The notes beneath the pieces are model-generated. The model worked only from the letters and a program-made list of their open reading frames with translations. It searched no databases and was not told where the DNA came from. A DNA stretch of 63,286 nt, filler included, from Octopus bimaculoides (Eukaryota): the NCBI RefSeq assembly GCF_001194135.2. It is 4 parts of 3 records of this genome, joined end to end, with 100 filler letters (N's around TTAATTAATTAA, not from the genome) between each part and the next. Parts side by side here need not be neighbours in the genome. Positions count along the whole stretch, not along the records: positions 26,630 to 58,521 come from NC_068999.1; 3 more parts are not named here. One strand, 5' to 3'. The translations under genes were made by a program, and so were the position numbers. The stretch's first letter is position 1, and the number at the start of each line of letters is the position of its first letter. Below are positions 36,921 to 49,947 of this stretch, one piece after another.

Positions 36921-37794
36921 ATAATGACATCCATATACAATATTTAAAAATGACATCTGACACACACATGATTGATTGGAGTTTCTCAATTGTCTACAAA
37001 AGATCTGTCTATCAAAACTGCCATGTTAGATTCACATGCAGTTATATATATAAATTTAAATGTTTCAATGCTTGAAAATTATTAAAATAAATGAAGAATA
37101 AACATGCTCACGCGAGAGAAAGTACACTACTGCTCGAGGAACAAAATCTCCCTCAAATCACTCTATCATTGTGCAGAAAGTTAGGTCAGATTGATATTAA
37201 AACTGGCTGCTGAGAGTTAAATTTGTATGCGAATTCATGGGGCAGATAGATCCCTTTCAGATCACTGTGTGTGTTAGTTGATGGTTTACTTAAGTCTACT
37301 CTGAATAGATATACAACCCACGTAGACACTTAGAATTATTTTTATTTAACTGTATCCATTTCTCGCTATGTCTCTCTGAGTTTCAGTGTGTCTGATATAT
37401 GTATTTTTTACGTATAAGTCTATGCATGTAGCAATGACATAGAAAAACCACGTGCTTTAATATCATCCAAGTAATGAATGTTGGAACATCAATTATTAAC
37501 CACAAAACATAGTTTCTTCAGAATAAGAATCTCTGCATAACAACAGCCACAAAATTTGCTTGGCTGATCTATCCAGTCACGCCTTACATTTTTTTAATGT
37601 CAATGCACCCTTTTTGGCATATTAATAACTCCTACTTTCATATTTACATTTTAGAGATAATTTTCACTGTATGATATAAAAAAGATTTTGAATGGGAATT
37701 TGGAAAATATTGCCCTTGTGGTATTTGGTTCAAAGACAACTCGATTAGCGAACACCATTGTTTGCTGATCAACGGAGTGTATATGTGTGTATAT

Positions 37795-38005
37795 GTTTGT
37801 GCGCTTCTGTTTGTCCCCACGACATCGCTTGACAACAGATGATAGTGTGTTTACGTCCTCTATAAACTTGCGGTTCGACAAAAGGTAACTGATAGAATAA
37901 ATAATAGGCTTACAAAGTATACGTTCTGGAGTCGATTTGCCCAACTAAAGGCGGTGCTCCAGCATGGCTGCAGCCAAATAACTGAAACAAATAACATAAT
38001 AAAAA
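37795..38005 (+). mobile_element. SINE family B/C, 3' half
   Basis: tgtttgtccccacgacatcgcttgacaac...ggcggtgctccagcatggctgcagcc...actgaaacaa. Confidence 0.8.
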
Positions 38006-39214
38006 GAATATTTGTTCGATTGAAGTGTGTCCGTTGAAACACTTGTTTAAAAGCTTATAGTTTAAATTCCAATTAACCCCTAACTGAACACGTCACCGAA
38101 AACATATCCGACTATCCCACCGCCTATCCTCTTCTAGAGTGATGTGAATCTGTGTGTTATTCAGTATGTCACTCTCTTTTCCAACATCGTAACATACTAT
38201 TTCAGTTAGATATGCCGACTAATTCATCGAATTCACAACAGCACACCATTTTCCATCATTTTGCAATACTATTTTTCTTTACTCTTCCAAGACACTAAAT
38301 TATAGTTAGCTTCCTATCTGTCCGTCTGTGTCTGTCTGTCCCTCTCGGATTCTTTCTTTCTTTCCTTCCGTCTTTCGTTCGTTCTTTCTTTCTTTCTTTC
38401 TTTCTCTTTGAATCGTTTCGTTATGAATAGCACTGGCTGTGAAATAAGTGATGTGAAATGATTATATACTATACTTCGCTAACGGATTGCTTCAAGACTA
38501 AATCTTGCTCTCGGTATTTAGGATGCATAGACTAAATTATTGATAAATTTTAATATGATTTCATGTGTTTTATTTGAAATGAAGCGCCATGAAAGTTCAT
38601 TAAAGTTCATTAAAGTCATTAATGTTAATTAGATTCAGAAATTCAAATGGCCCTGTTCATTATTATCCCATAAAATATTTCTTCGATTAAGTTAATTATA
38701 TTTTTATTCAGCTTTCTTTAGACGTAATCTAATTCGCAATTTTGTGTCCAATAAAGCAAATCGTGTCTATAGAGGCTAGATAAGCATTTGAATATGTATT
38801 CAATTAATATGAATCGGTAGTTCAAATTTGCTGCCAGTGAAGTTTCGCATAATTGATGATACAAGTTTTAAAAAAATTACTATGTACCACATTTCGGTTG
38901 CTACACCAGCAATTACTTAGTATACATTGCGTTCTAACAGCGAGAGTGCACTTTCAAGGGAAAAAGGAAAATGTTCAAACTGCCATTAAAATGATCTTTA
39001 CAACATCTCAATATGGCTGTTGGCAATTGGGAATTTCATGCCAACACACACTGAGCTGTCATTGATTCCCAGTGTTTTACACGAAGACTGAAAACAAAAG
39101 TAATGTGCTACTGAGAGTCTGTACCCTCCACAAAGGTGGAGCTACTTATAAGATACCACACGTTCGTGCCCTGTATGTTAGTCCTGCCTGGATGAACGCA
39201 TTTACTGTGGAGCA

Positions 39215-39286
39215 ACCACTCATAATGGAGTTGAATCACCACCATTATGAGTGGTGTTGATTCAACACTACTCATAAGTGAATCAA
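39215..39286. repeat. Interleaved inverted-repeat cluster (A-B-A'-B'-A-B)
   Basis: ACCACTCATAATGG (39215-39228) / CCATTATGAGTGGT (39242-39255) is perfect. TTATGAGTGGTGTTGA-t-TCAACACTACTCATAA (39245-39277) has one mismatch. Confidence 0.85.
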
Positions 39287-39942
39287 GTCAAACATGATCC
39301 TAGGCCTTCATCGACATCCCAATACCTGAATATACACAAGTATACGCTCGAAACATTGAGTTTCTATACCAAAATTAGAAATGCACATTTAAGCACATAT
39401 TAAAACACCGTAATTAGCACACATAAATTTATGGAAAATTTCCTAAGTGACAATTATGAATACGTGGGTTTTCAGAGAAAGAAACCAACTACCTAACACC
39501 CATATTATAAATCAAAATCCGTAAGTTGAACATTTTGAAAGTTCAACTAACGGATAGTAATTGGTTTTGTTACGTACGATCAAGCGATGAAAATATTAAT
39601 CTGGTTCAGAAAGCAACTTCATTTAAACAAAAATTTCAGATACTTACACATAGAACAGAACATAAGTAAATATACATGTTCATACGTGTATGAAAATTTA
39701 CGTACGCAAGCATTATTATTTCCTTTAAAATGATGAATCCTTATTTCCTACTAAATATACGTTCCAGCTATTTTGAGTCAAACATTGTGAGCACCTGTTG
39801 ATGTTTGTATCTCATGTTTCTTGTTTCGTATACAGTTCTATTTGCCGCTTAATAATATCGTACTGAGTACCTACATAGCATACTTACGTTATATGAGTAC
39901 ATTCCTACCTATCTATCTGTTTGTAAAGATATGGGTATATAG

Positions 39943-39978
<36 letters not shown>

Positions 39979-41255
39979 NNNNNNNNNNNNNNNNNNNNNN
40001 NNNNNNNNNNNNNNNNNNNNNNNNNNNNNNNNNNNNNNNNNNNNNNNNNNNNNNNNNNNNNNNNNNNNNNNNNNNNNNNNNNNNNNNNNNNNNNNNNNNN
40101 NNNNNNNNNNNNNNNNNNNNNNNNNNNNNNNNNNNNNNNNNNNNNNNNNNNNNNNNNNNNNNNNNNNNNNNNNNNNNNNNNNNNNNNNNNNNNNNNNNNN
40201 NNNNNNNNNNNNNNNNNNNNNNNNNNNNNNNNNNNNNNNNNNNNNNNNATATATATATATATATATATATAAATATATGTATATGTATGCATATATTTAT
40301 ATACATATATATTTTTTGGGATACATATCTATGCGTACCTATCTAAACACTCACAAACATACATTCATTTGCATATATGTGTGTGTCTGCGTGTGTGTAT
40401 GTATATGTGTGTATATATGCGTGAGTGTATGTATGTGTGTGTGTGTGTGTGTGTATGAGCGTGGGCACGTACAATAGTGTACTTACACTTGTCTCTAGCT
40501 GCGTGTTGTGAAATATTTCTCTTTACTAATCGACCTACAATGAAAGTAAATAAATAAGAAAACAAACAAATGAACTGATAAATAAATGAAAAATAAATAA
40601 CCAAATGAACAGGCGGAAAGGAAGGATAACTACAGCACAAATAACATTAGGAAAACACGCATATATAGAAAACAAAGTAAATGAACCTCAACACACTTTT
40701 AGTTATACATCCATCATGCGCACTGAGAAGTCCGTGATATCTTTAAAACATATCTACTTGTCTCTTCGTATTGTCACCTGTCTGTTGGTGTATTTAATCG
40801 TCAAACAACGTTAAGGTAGCTGGCTTGTGACATAAGATCGTTGTAAAGTAAGCGTACTTGTTCACCGAGCCAATTCTAGCCGGTAGCAGAGACATAAACT
40901 TCAAATTTAAGAGACAAAAAGATTGAGCTTAAAATAAAGAGAAACACAACACGAAGAATAAGTACAGAGAGACCACATTTTGTGCTTAACTGCTTGTGCG
41001 TGTGTATGTGTGTGTGTGTGTGTTTGTGAGTGTGCGTGTGTGGATATGTGTGTGAGTGTTTGTGTGTGAGTGTTTGTGTGTGGATATGTGTGTGTGTGTG
41101 TGTGTGAGCGTCGTGTATATGTAGGTGTGTTTGTTCGTACTGACGCTGGAGCTTGTGTAGTATAGCTATGTGTATGTAGTCTTGAAAATATTTGTACATC
41201 TGTCTACCACTTATCCCTCAGTCTATCTATTTATTAATGTATGTATATATGTATG

Positions 41256-41286
<31 letters not shown>

Positions 41287-41325
41287 CCTCTCTGTGTGCA
41301 ACCCTGTGTGGCTAATAAAAGGAAG

Positions 41326-41365
<40 letters not shown>

Positions 41366-41586
41366 ATATATNNNNNNNNNNNNNNNNNNNNNNNNNNNNN
41401 NNNNNNNNNNNNNNNNNNNNNNNNNNNNNNNNNNNNNNNNNNNNNNNNNNNNNNNNNNNNNNNNNNNNNNNNNNNNNNNNNNNNNNNNNNNNNNNNNNNN
41501 NNNNNNNNNNNNNNNNNNNNNNNNNNNNNNNNNNNNNNNNNNNNNNNNNNNNNNNNNNNNNNNNNNNNNNNNNNNNNNNNNNNNNN

Positions 41587-41622
<36 letters not shown>

Positions 41623-41726
41623 TGTCTGTCTGTCCGTATGTCTGTCTGCCTGTTTTTTTTTGTGTGTCTGTCCGTCTCTATCCATCTGTCTCTCTCTCGC
41701 TCTCTCTCTATCTATCCATCCATCCT

Positions 41727-41766
<40 letters not shown>

Positions 41767-43294
41767 ATTGTCTGTCTGAACGGAGGTAAGTATATTTATA
41801 CATATGTCTATATGCGTGTGTATGCATGTTCATGCAGTTCATATTTATATATATATGTGAGAATATATATTTGCTTTTGTGTGTCAAACTATGTAAGCAC
41901 GTAAGTATGCATATATACATGCACACATGCAAGTATAGATGGAAGGAAGGTGCATTGTACACTATATGCATGTGTGCCTGGCAGTCAATGTTCTGCATTA
42001 CCTTAAGTGTCAGAAACACGTATCTTTACGAGCATGTGAATAAGTTCTATGCCCAAATAACTGCATGTAGGCGTGCACTCCATGTATTTAATGCATATAC
42101 ATAAATATACATATGTATATATATATATATATATATATNNNNNNNNNNNNNNNNNNNNNNNNNNNNNNNNNNNNNNNNNNNNNNNNNNNNNNNNNNNNNN
42201 NNNNNNNNNNNNNNNNNNNNNNNNNNNNNNNNNNNNNNNNNNNNNNNNNNNNNNNNNNNNNNNNNNNNNNNNNNNNNNNNNNNNNNNNNNNNNNNNNNNN
42301 NNNNNNNNNNNNNNNNNNNNNNNNNNNNNNNNNNNNNNNNNNNNNNNNNNNNNNNNNNNNNNNNNNNNNNNNNNNNNNNNNNNNNNNNNNNNNNNNNNNN
42401 NNNNNNNNNNNNNNNNNNNNNNNNNNNNNNNNNNNNNNNNNNNNNNNNNNNNNNNNNNNNNNNNNNNNNNNNNNNNNNNNNNNNNNNNNNNNNNNNNNNN
42501 NNNNNNNNNNNNNNNNNNNNNNNNNNNNNNNNNNNNNNNNNNNNNNNNNNNNNNNNNNNNNNNNNNNNNNNNNNNNNNNNNNNNNNNNNNNNNNNNNNNN
42601 NNNNNNNNNNNNNNNNNNNNNNNNNNNNNNNNNNNNNNNNNNNNNNNNNNNNNNNNNNNNNNNNNNNNNNNNNNNNNNNNNNNNNNNNNNNNNNNNNNNN
42701 NNNNNNNNNNNNNNNNNNNNNNNNNNNTATATATATATATATGCTCGCAATTATTCTCTCTACAATGTATTTCTGTGTATGCTGTTTAGTTTATTATCTT
42801 GTTTTTCATGACTAAATACAAGGTGGAACCTTGTAAAGAAAAGAAGAAAAACGTTAACTGCAGAAATATAGATACGAGAGTATTATTTGGAATGCCGACC
42901 TATCACAAAGTATATATGATATAAGTGTGGTCGTTCTTTAGCCACTAAGAAGAAATATTTCGAACAAATTTCCACTCGTAGCCAATATGTTTGACTGTAT
43001 ACATATAGAAATTATTTTAGTCAAATGATTAATTACGTTCTGTATCACAGTAAGAAGCCTTTTAATTGTTATCTGTTATTTTAGAAAGTGAAACGACGAA
43101 TCATAAATAGTTTGAAGCTGTGGTTCTTATGGCCCTCGGGGGTGGGGGGCGGTCCTGTTATATATTGTATATTATATACATCGAATGGTTATGGAGCAAG
43201 AAAGGAATCAAAGAGATCCATAGGTAAAAAAAAAAAAAATGTTCAGAAACACCCGTTTGAAGCGTTGAACTTAGTTTGGTTGTATTTGTAATTC

Positions 43295-43640
43295 TTAGCG
43301 GCACTTCTCCAGTATTTATGTTCTGATTTGAAATTCCACCGAAGTCAAACTTCTAATTCATCCTTTGGGGGTCAATGAAGTTTGTACAAGTTGTGCACTG
43401 GAGAGGATGTCATCGATTTAACCCCTTCGTCCAAGCATACTACACCTGTGCTGAAACTTGCAATCAATAATATACACTGTATTCCGGTTCTTTACGTTCT
43501 GAGTTCAAATGACGCCGAGGTCGACTTTGACTTCCTTTCGATGTCGAATATAATAAGTGCCTGTTGGTTACTGAGGTTGATGCTATCGACTAACGCCCTC
43601 ACCCAAACATGCTGGGCTCGTTTCAAAATTTGAAACTAGT
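43295..43640 (+). mobile_element. Two adjacent degenerate SINE family A copies
   Basis: gttctgatttgaaattccaccgaagtc... and gttctgagttcaaatgacgccgaggtcgactttg...tcaaaatttgaaacta. Confidence 0.75.
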
Positions 43641-45343
43641 ATTATACCATGTTACGCCGATGTAATTGACCGACGCCCACCCACATAATCTTGATTTACA
43701 TAACTAACCTGTATAGTTCTGTAAATTGTCATTTTCTGGACAATATGAATTGCCATCATATTTATTACAACTGAAAATATATACACGGCACTTCGCTTAT
43801 TTCGAACTTGGAACGACATCAAGTACCTCATTCCTAGGAAAACGCATAGCTGATAAAAATATTCTAAGAGATATACTGTACAGCTACGGTTAATTTGTTG
43901 CAATTATTTTTACGTATGACACTATTGCTTGTTTTGCATATAAACAGAATTACTCGTTTTGCTTATAACGTTGTTGCTATTACTTTTAGTTTTATTGCTT
44001 CCATGTTAAAGTTTAAGTCGTGAAATAAATGTAACAATGTAAAACTAAATTTGCATTCCTTTTCTACTGCGCTCTCTCAAGTATTTCTTTTCTAGAATTA
44101 CCAAGGCTATATTATAAGTACAGTCCCAGCTCAAGATGGCGTTCTAGCTGTCAAGTGATTTTATTTTGGTTACGCTGAGCCGTATTTTTATAATTAGTGT
44201 CATACACATCTTGTAAAATGTTGACAGAGAAAAAAAAAAAAAGAATATTACGTTTTCTGCATGAGTGCAAAGGTTGCTGTTGTTTTGGGTGAAGGAATAA
44301 TGTTATTACATCCGCTACGTATCAATAAATCGATACACATATATGTAACTATGAAAATATGAACATATATACGAATATACACACGAACACTCACACACAC
44401 AGATGCACATACACACACACACACACATACACATATACACAGGTATGCACATATGAACAGATGGTAAGCTATCAGAATCGTTAGGGTGGCGGACAAAGCA
44501 CTTAACAGCACTTCGTCCGCCTTTATATTCTGAGGTCCAAATCCGTAGAGGGCGGATGAACCCATCCTCCAAAATTTCTGGTCTTCGGCGAAAATTATAT
44601 GTGAAATATATGTGTGTGGGTGGGTATATATATATATATATATATATATAAAACGAAGGCGGTGCTCCAGCACGGCAGCAGTCAAGTGGCTGAAACAAGT
44701 AAAAGAATAAGAGAATATGTAGCACTTTATATATAAATAGAAAGACACACAGACGTACATACACACACACGCGTACATACACATGTATATGTATATATAT
44801 ATATATAGTTATCTATAGTGTAAGTATATTTTCATATATACGAGACATATATGTAATCATGATACTATATATTGTGTATATTTTGAACCGCTTACAACCC
44901 ATGTCCATCACAAACTTATACTTATGTTGTCAATGAAATAATTCACTGAAACTATTTATCATATCTAAAATGACGGTATTGACAAAATATATGTAAATAG
45001 ATCTATGCAAATATGTCCTTCAGTAGTATCAGTTCATGTTTGTGTGCGTGCATATTGGAGGTTTTCCTTAATACATGATATCAGTTTTGCAATTTGACTC
45101 GTTTCACCATGTATGCACGTGTGTATATATGTATGTATGTATGCATGTATGTATGTATGTATGTATGTATGTATGTATGCGTGTATGTATGTATGTATGT
45201 ATGTATGCGTGTGTGAATGTATATATGTGTGTTTCTGTGTTGGTGTGTATGCATGCAAATATGTGTTGATGTATGTATGTTGATAGCTAGATAGGTAGGA
45301 ATGTATGTACGTATGCATTCGTGTACTTTTTATATTTGCATAG

Positions 45344-45399
<56 letters not shown>

Positions 45400-46827
45400 T
45401 TACCTACCTATCTATCTACCTACTATGTATCTATGTATATNNNNNNNNNNNNNNNNNNNNNNNNNNNNNNNNNNNNNNNNNNNNNNNNNNNNNNNNNNNN
45501 NNNNNNNNNNNNNNNNNNNNNNNNNNNNNNNNNNNNNNNNNNNNNNNNNNNNNNNNNNNNNNNNNNNNNNNNNNNNNNNNNNNNNNNNNNNNNNNNNNNN
45601 NNNNNNNNNNNNNNNNNNNNNNNNNNNNNNNNNNNNNNNNNNNNNNNNNNNNNNNNNNNNNNNNNNNNNNNNNNNNNNNNNNNNNNNNNNNNNNNNNNNN
45701 NNNNNNNNNNNNNNNNNNNNNNNNNNNNNNNNNNNNNNNNNNNNNNNNNNNNNNNNNNNNNNNNNNNNNNNNNNNNNNNNNNNNNNNNNNNNNNNNNNNN
45801 NNNNNNNNNNNNNNNNNNNNNNNNNNNNNNNNNNNNNNNNNNNNNNNNNNNNNNNNNNNNNNNNNNNNNNNNNNNNNNNNNNNNNNNNNNNNNNNNNNNN
45901 NNNNNNNNNNNNNNNNNNNNNNNNNNNNNNNNNNNNNNNNNTATATATATATATAATACCTGTGTACATATATATATGTATGAATGTATGTATATGCGGA
46001 GATATAAATTTATGTATATAACTGTTTAGATGTATAGCAGATTTTTGCATACAATATTAACAATATTTTGTATAACCACACATTATTGCAAACGTATGCC
46101 GGTAAATACATCCTAGCAGAGAACCAAGAATACAGATGTAATACACATATAACACACACACAGACGCGTACACACACGCGTACACACACAGAGTTATATG
46201 TATATGTACAACATACACACATAGAAATATAGAGAGGAAATATGTACTTTTCTGCAGTCTATTTTGAAAAATATACTTCAGAAGTATTCAGAAGAAATAT
46301 TTTCCAATATAAATATATTCTTCAATATCATCTTTCTGAAACTAACACACATTCAAACGTGTTGCTGTGCTCTAATCAAACAACACAAGATTTTGTTGTG
46401 GGAAATATATACGGAACAAAGACTGTAATAACTATATTTATTTTCCTTTTTGTTGTCCCTTAAGAAAAACGCATGCAGACGATAAAAGAGATTATATAGT
46501 AACATCTTCACTGTACGTCTTATTTATCGGCCATATATTTCGACCATCTTCTCAAGTATGTTTCTAATGATGTCACTTTCGTATCTCTTGTATATACTTC
46601 ATATAATTATTTTTATTAGATTTTTGTAATGTTTCTTTTCTTCAATTATTGTTTTGCAAGACCCTAATGCTTTTGTGCATCATTATTGATCCATCTGGAG
46701 GAGCGAATCTTCTTTGGAGCTGTGATTGGTAAATTATCGATAAATGTTCATATACATACCCATTTCAGTCATGTGTTTATGCATACCCAATTGCATGCAG
46801 TCATGCATATCTCTCTCTCTCTCCTTG

Positions 46828-46897
<70 letters not shown>

Positions 46898-48264
46898 GTA
46901 TGTGTGTGTGTGTGTGTGCGTGTGTGTTTGTGTGTACATATGCATGTATATGTATGTGTGTATANNNNNNNNNNNNNNNNNNNNNNNNNNNNNNNNNNNN
47001 NNNNNNNNNNNNNNNNNNNNNNNNNNNNNNNNNNNNNNNNNNNNNNNNNNNNNNNNNNNNNNNNNNNNNNNNNNNNNNNNNNNNNNNNNNNNNNNNNNNN
47101 NNNNNNNNNNNNNNNNNNNNNNNNNNNNNNNNNNNNNNNNNNNNNNNNNNNNATATATACATATGTATGTATATATGTATAAATATGTGTTAGAGTTTGT
47201 GTGTGTGAGTGTCTGTAGAAATTGTCATGCACGTACACATAGCACAAAGGCACGCATATATGCATAAGCTAGGTTAGTTAAATAATGAGAAATATACAGT
47301 TTCTTTGAACACACAAGCATGACGGTAAGTAGAATATAACTGAATAAATGATATAGTTGAAATAGCTAATCAGTGGATCAATGAACGAATCATATGATCT
47401 ATTAAAGCCTAAATTTATACCTATCCTTATTCACAGAACTAGAAAATTATATAAGTGGATGCCCGTATCTGTTTTGGTTGATGGGTCTGCCTTTGTACGT
47501 ACACACAAGAGTGTTTGCATGTGTGTCTACGTGCGTACGGTTGTTCAATAAGGAACGTAACGTATGTGTGATCTGGCAATTTAACATACCATAAAGAAAG
47601 CATTTGCACAATATTGAGCGCGTTACCACCCATCCTAACACATTGTTTTTGCTTGCATATTTTGATGTGATTTTGTTTCGCACACCAATATACTTGCCGT
47701 GCGTCAATGTACAGCAAATCTGCAATAATTTCGATTGCAATAAACTGCAATATTTATATATGCAGATATAACTACGTAAGTTATACCTAGTTATATCTGC
47801 ATGTGATATTATCTGAATGATATAACATACATTTGATATATTTTGATTTGATATATTTAGTCATCTCTCAGTATGTTTTATATTTTATATTTGATTTTTA
47901 ATGTAGCCAATCTGTATTTAATTCTGTGAGAAGCAGCATTCGATTATATCGAAACCAATTCCAGGTATATGCTTGATCATCAAGAATTAGCAGAAAATTG
48001 TCAGCAAATTACAATTGACTCCCTTAAAATATGGAAGGTCACATTAGTTAATGTCATTTTACATATATATAGACAGATAGCTAGAGATTATATATATATA
48101 TAAATATATTTATATAATATATTACGTTATATATTCTATACAAATTATATATAGATATACATAAATATACGTATATAATTTTTTATATACACATTATAGA
48201 AATAATATATATACACATATAATATATGTATATGTATATATGTATATATACATACACACAGACG

Positions 48265-48312
<48 letters not shown>

Positions 48313-49389
48313 NNNNNNNNNNNNNNNNNNNNNNNNNNNNNNNNNNNNNNNNNNNNNNNNNNNNNNNNNNNNNNNNNNNNNNNNNNNNNNNNNNNNNNNN
48401 NNNNNNNNNNNNNNNNNNNNNNNNNNNNNNNNNNNNNNNNNNNNNNNNNNNNNNNNNNNNNNNNNNNNNNNNNNNNNNNNNNNNNNNNNNNNNNNNNNNN
48501 NNNNNNNNNNNNNNNNNNNNNNNNNNNNNNNNNNNNNNNNNNNNNATATATATATATATATATATACATATTTATCCAACAAGATGGAGACTTCTCATCT
48601 ATATCATATTTGAAAATAGTTGGGCTGTATGAGGACACAACTGGAACTAAATAACATTAGCTAAATCAACGACAATATCTGAAGTGTAGAATCTAATGGA
48701 ATTGATGTCATTCTAGTTATTCGTACTAATAAGGAAATTTGAAGTTACCTGCTGCAAGCTAAACTAAACACACCTCAAAAATATAAACTGTACTCTAAAT
48801 CAGTTCAACTTGAGAACATTAAGCACCATGTGATTTCTACGAATGATTGTGATGGAGAGAAAAACTGAATATACGTTCATAAGCTTAATGCACCTTGCAC
48901 TATAGTGTATTAGTAAAGTGATTAGAAGCCTGGAAAGTAGCTTGTAATCCGATATTTAATTGACTCCACAGCCAACACTGTTTCTCTAGCAATGATATGA
49001 GAGAAAGAGAAGACCAAAGTAATCCATAATTACCTGAATTTATACCAGCAGAGCCATAACAGTAATGCCGGTACACAAGTCTTGTGAGATATTTATTTAT
49101 ATATTCTATCAATTTTCTTTCTTCTTTCTTCACTTTTTCTCTATTCAGCGTCTTCGTTGAACTTATACTTTAATTAGGTCTCCGTATTCATGTAGCATCA
49201 TAGCAGGAATTACATATATGTAGAGCAGGCTGTTTATTGCTCATATACTAGTACAGAACATTTCCTAATTAATTGAGTTACATTTTACTGATAATGTTGG
49301 GCGATGTAATAGGTCTTAGCTTACTGGCTTATGAACATTCGATGGAAATGACACGTGTCTTCGATATGAGAAAATTGACGTTAACAAAG

Positions 49390-49428
<39 letters not shown>

Positions 49429-49449
49429 TAATCATTATCNNNNNNNNNN

Positions 49450-49493
<44 letters not shown>

Positions 49494-49647
49494 ATTTAAA
49501 TAATAATGATGAAAAATTGAATATAAATTCGATTAATATCATAATATCAATTTAAATCCATTGGCCTAGCATATTGAAAAATCTGACGATTCAGAAGAAA
49601 TTATATTACATATATATACGTGGGATGACCACTAGGTGGTCCTCCAC

Positions 49648-49947
49648 TATGCTAGAAGTAGGCCACCTATGGTCTGACCACTAAGAAAAGATTGTTCTCA
49701 AGAAAATTCAGCAAACACCAGAACGTAAGCGAGAAAGACAAATGAAAAGATACAAAATATAAAGATTAATCACAGACCGGTTTCGTTGTCACCAATTACG
49801 TAATTACTTACGCAATTACTTACGTAATTACTTACATAATTGTCCGCAACTCCTCAGTATGATTGCTTACATTCTGGTGTTTGCTGAATTTTCTTGAGAA
49901 CAATCTTCTCTTAGTGGTCAGACCATAGGTGTTCTACTTCTTGCATA
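49648..49947. mobile_element. Fold-back element with 83-bp inverted arms
   Basis: 49648-49730 versus the reverse complement of 49865-49947: 78/83 identical. Confidence 0.9.
49768..49864 (-). ncRNA. Type I hammerhead ribozyme, Penelope/minimal type
   Basis: Minus strand: AAUCAUA-CUGAGGA-GUUG-[58 nt]-CAAC-GAAA-C-CG-G-UC|UGUGAUU. Stem I is 7 bp, stem II 4 bp, stem III palindromic ACCGGU. GUC cleavage is predicted between 49775 and 49774. Confidence 0.75.

Noticed and set aside
38590-38630. Short 10-bp tandem repeat (aaagttcatt)n
   Set aside because: Ordinary slippage repeat with no additional structure.
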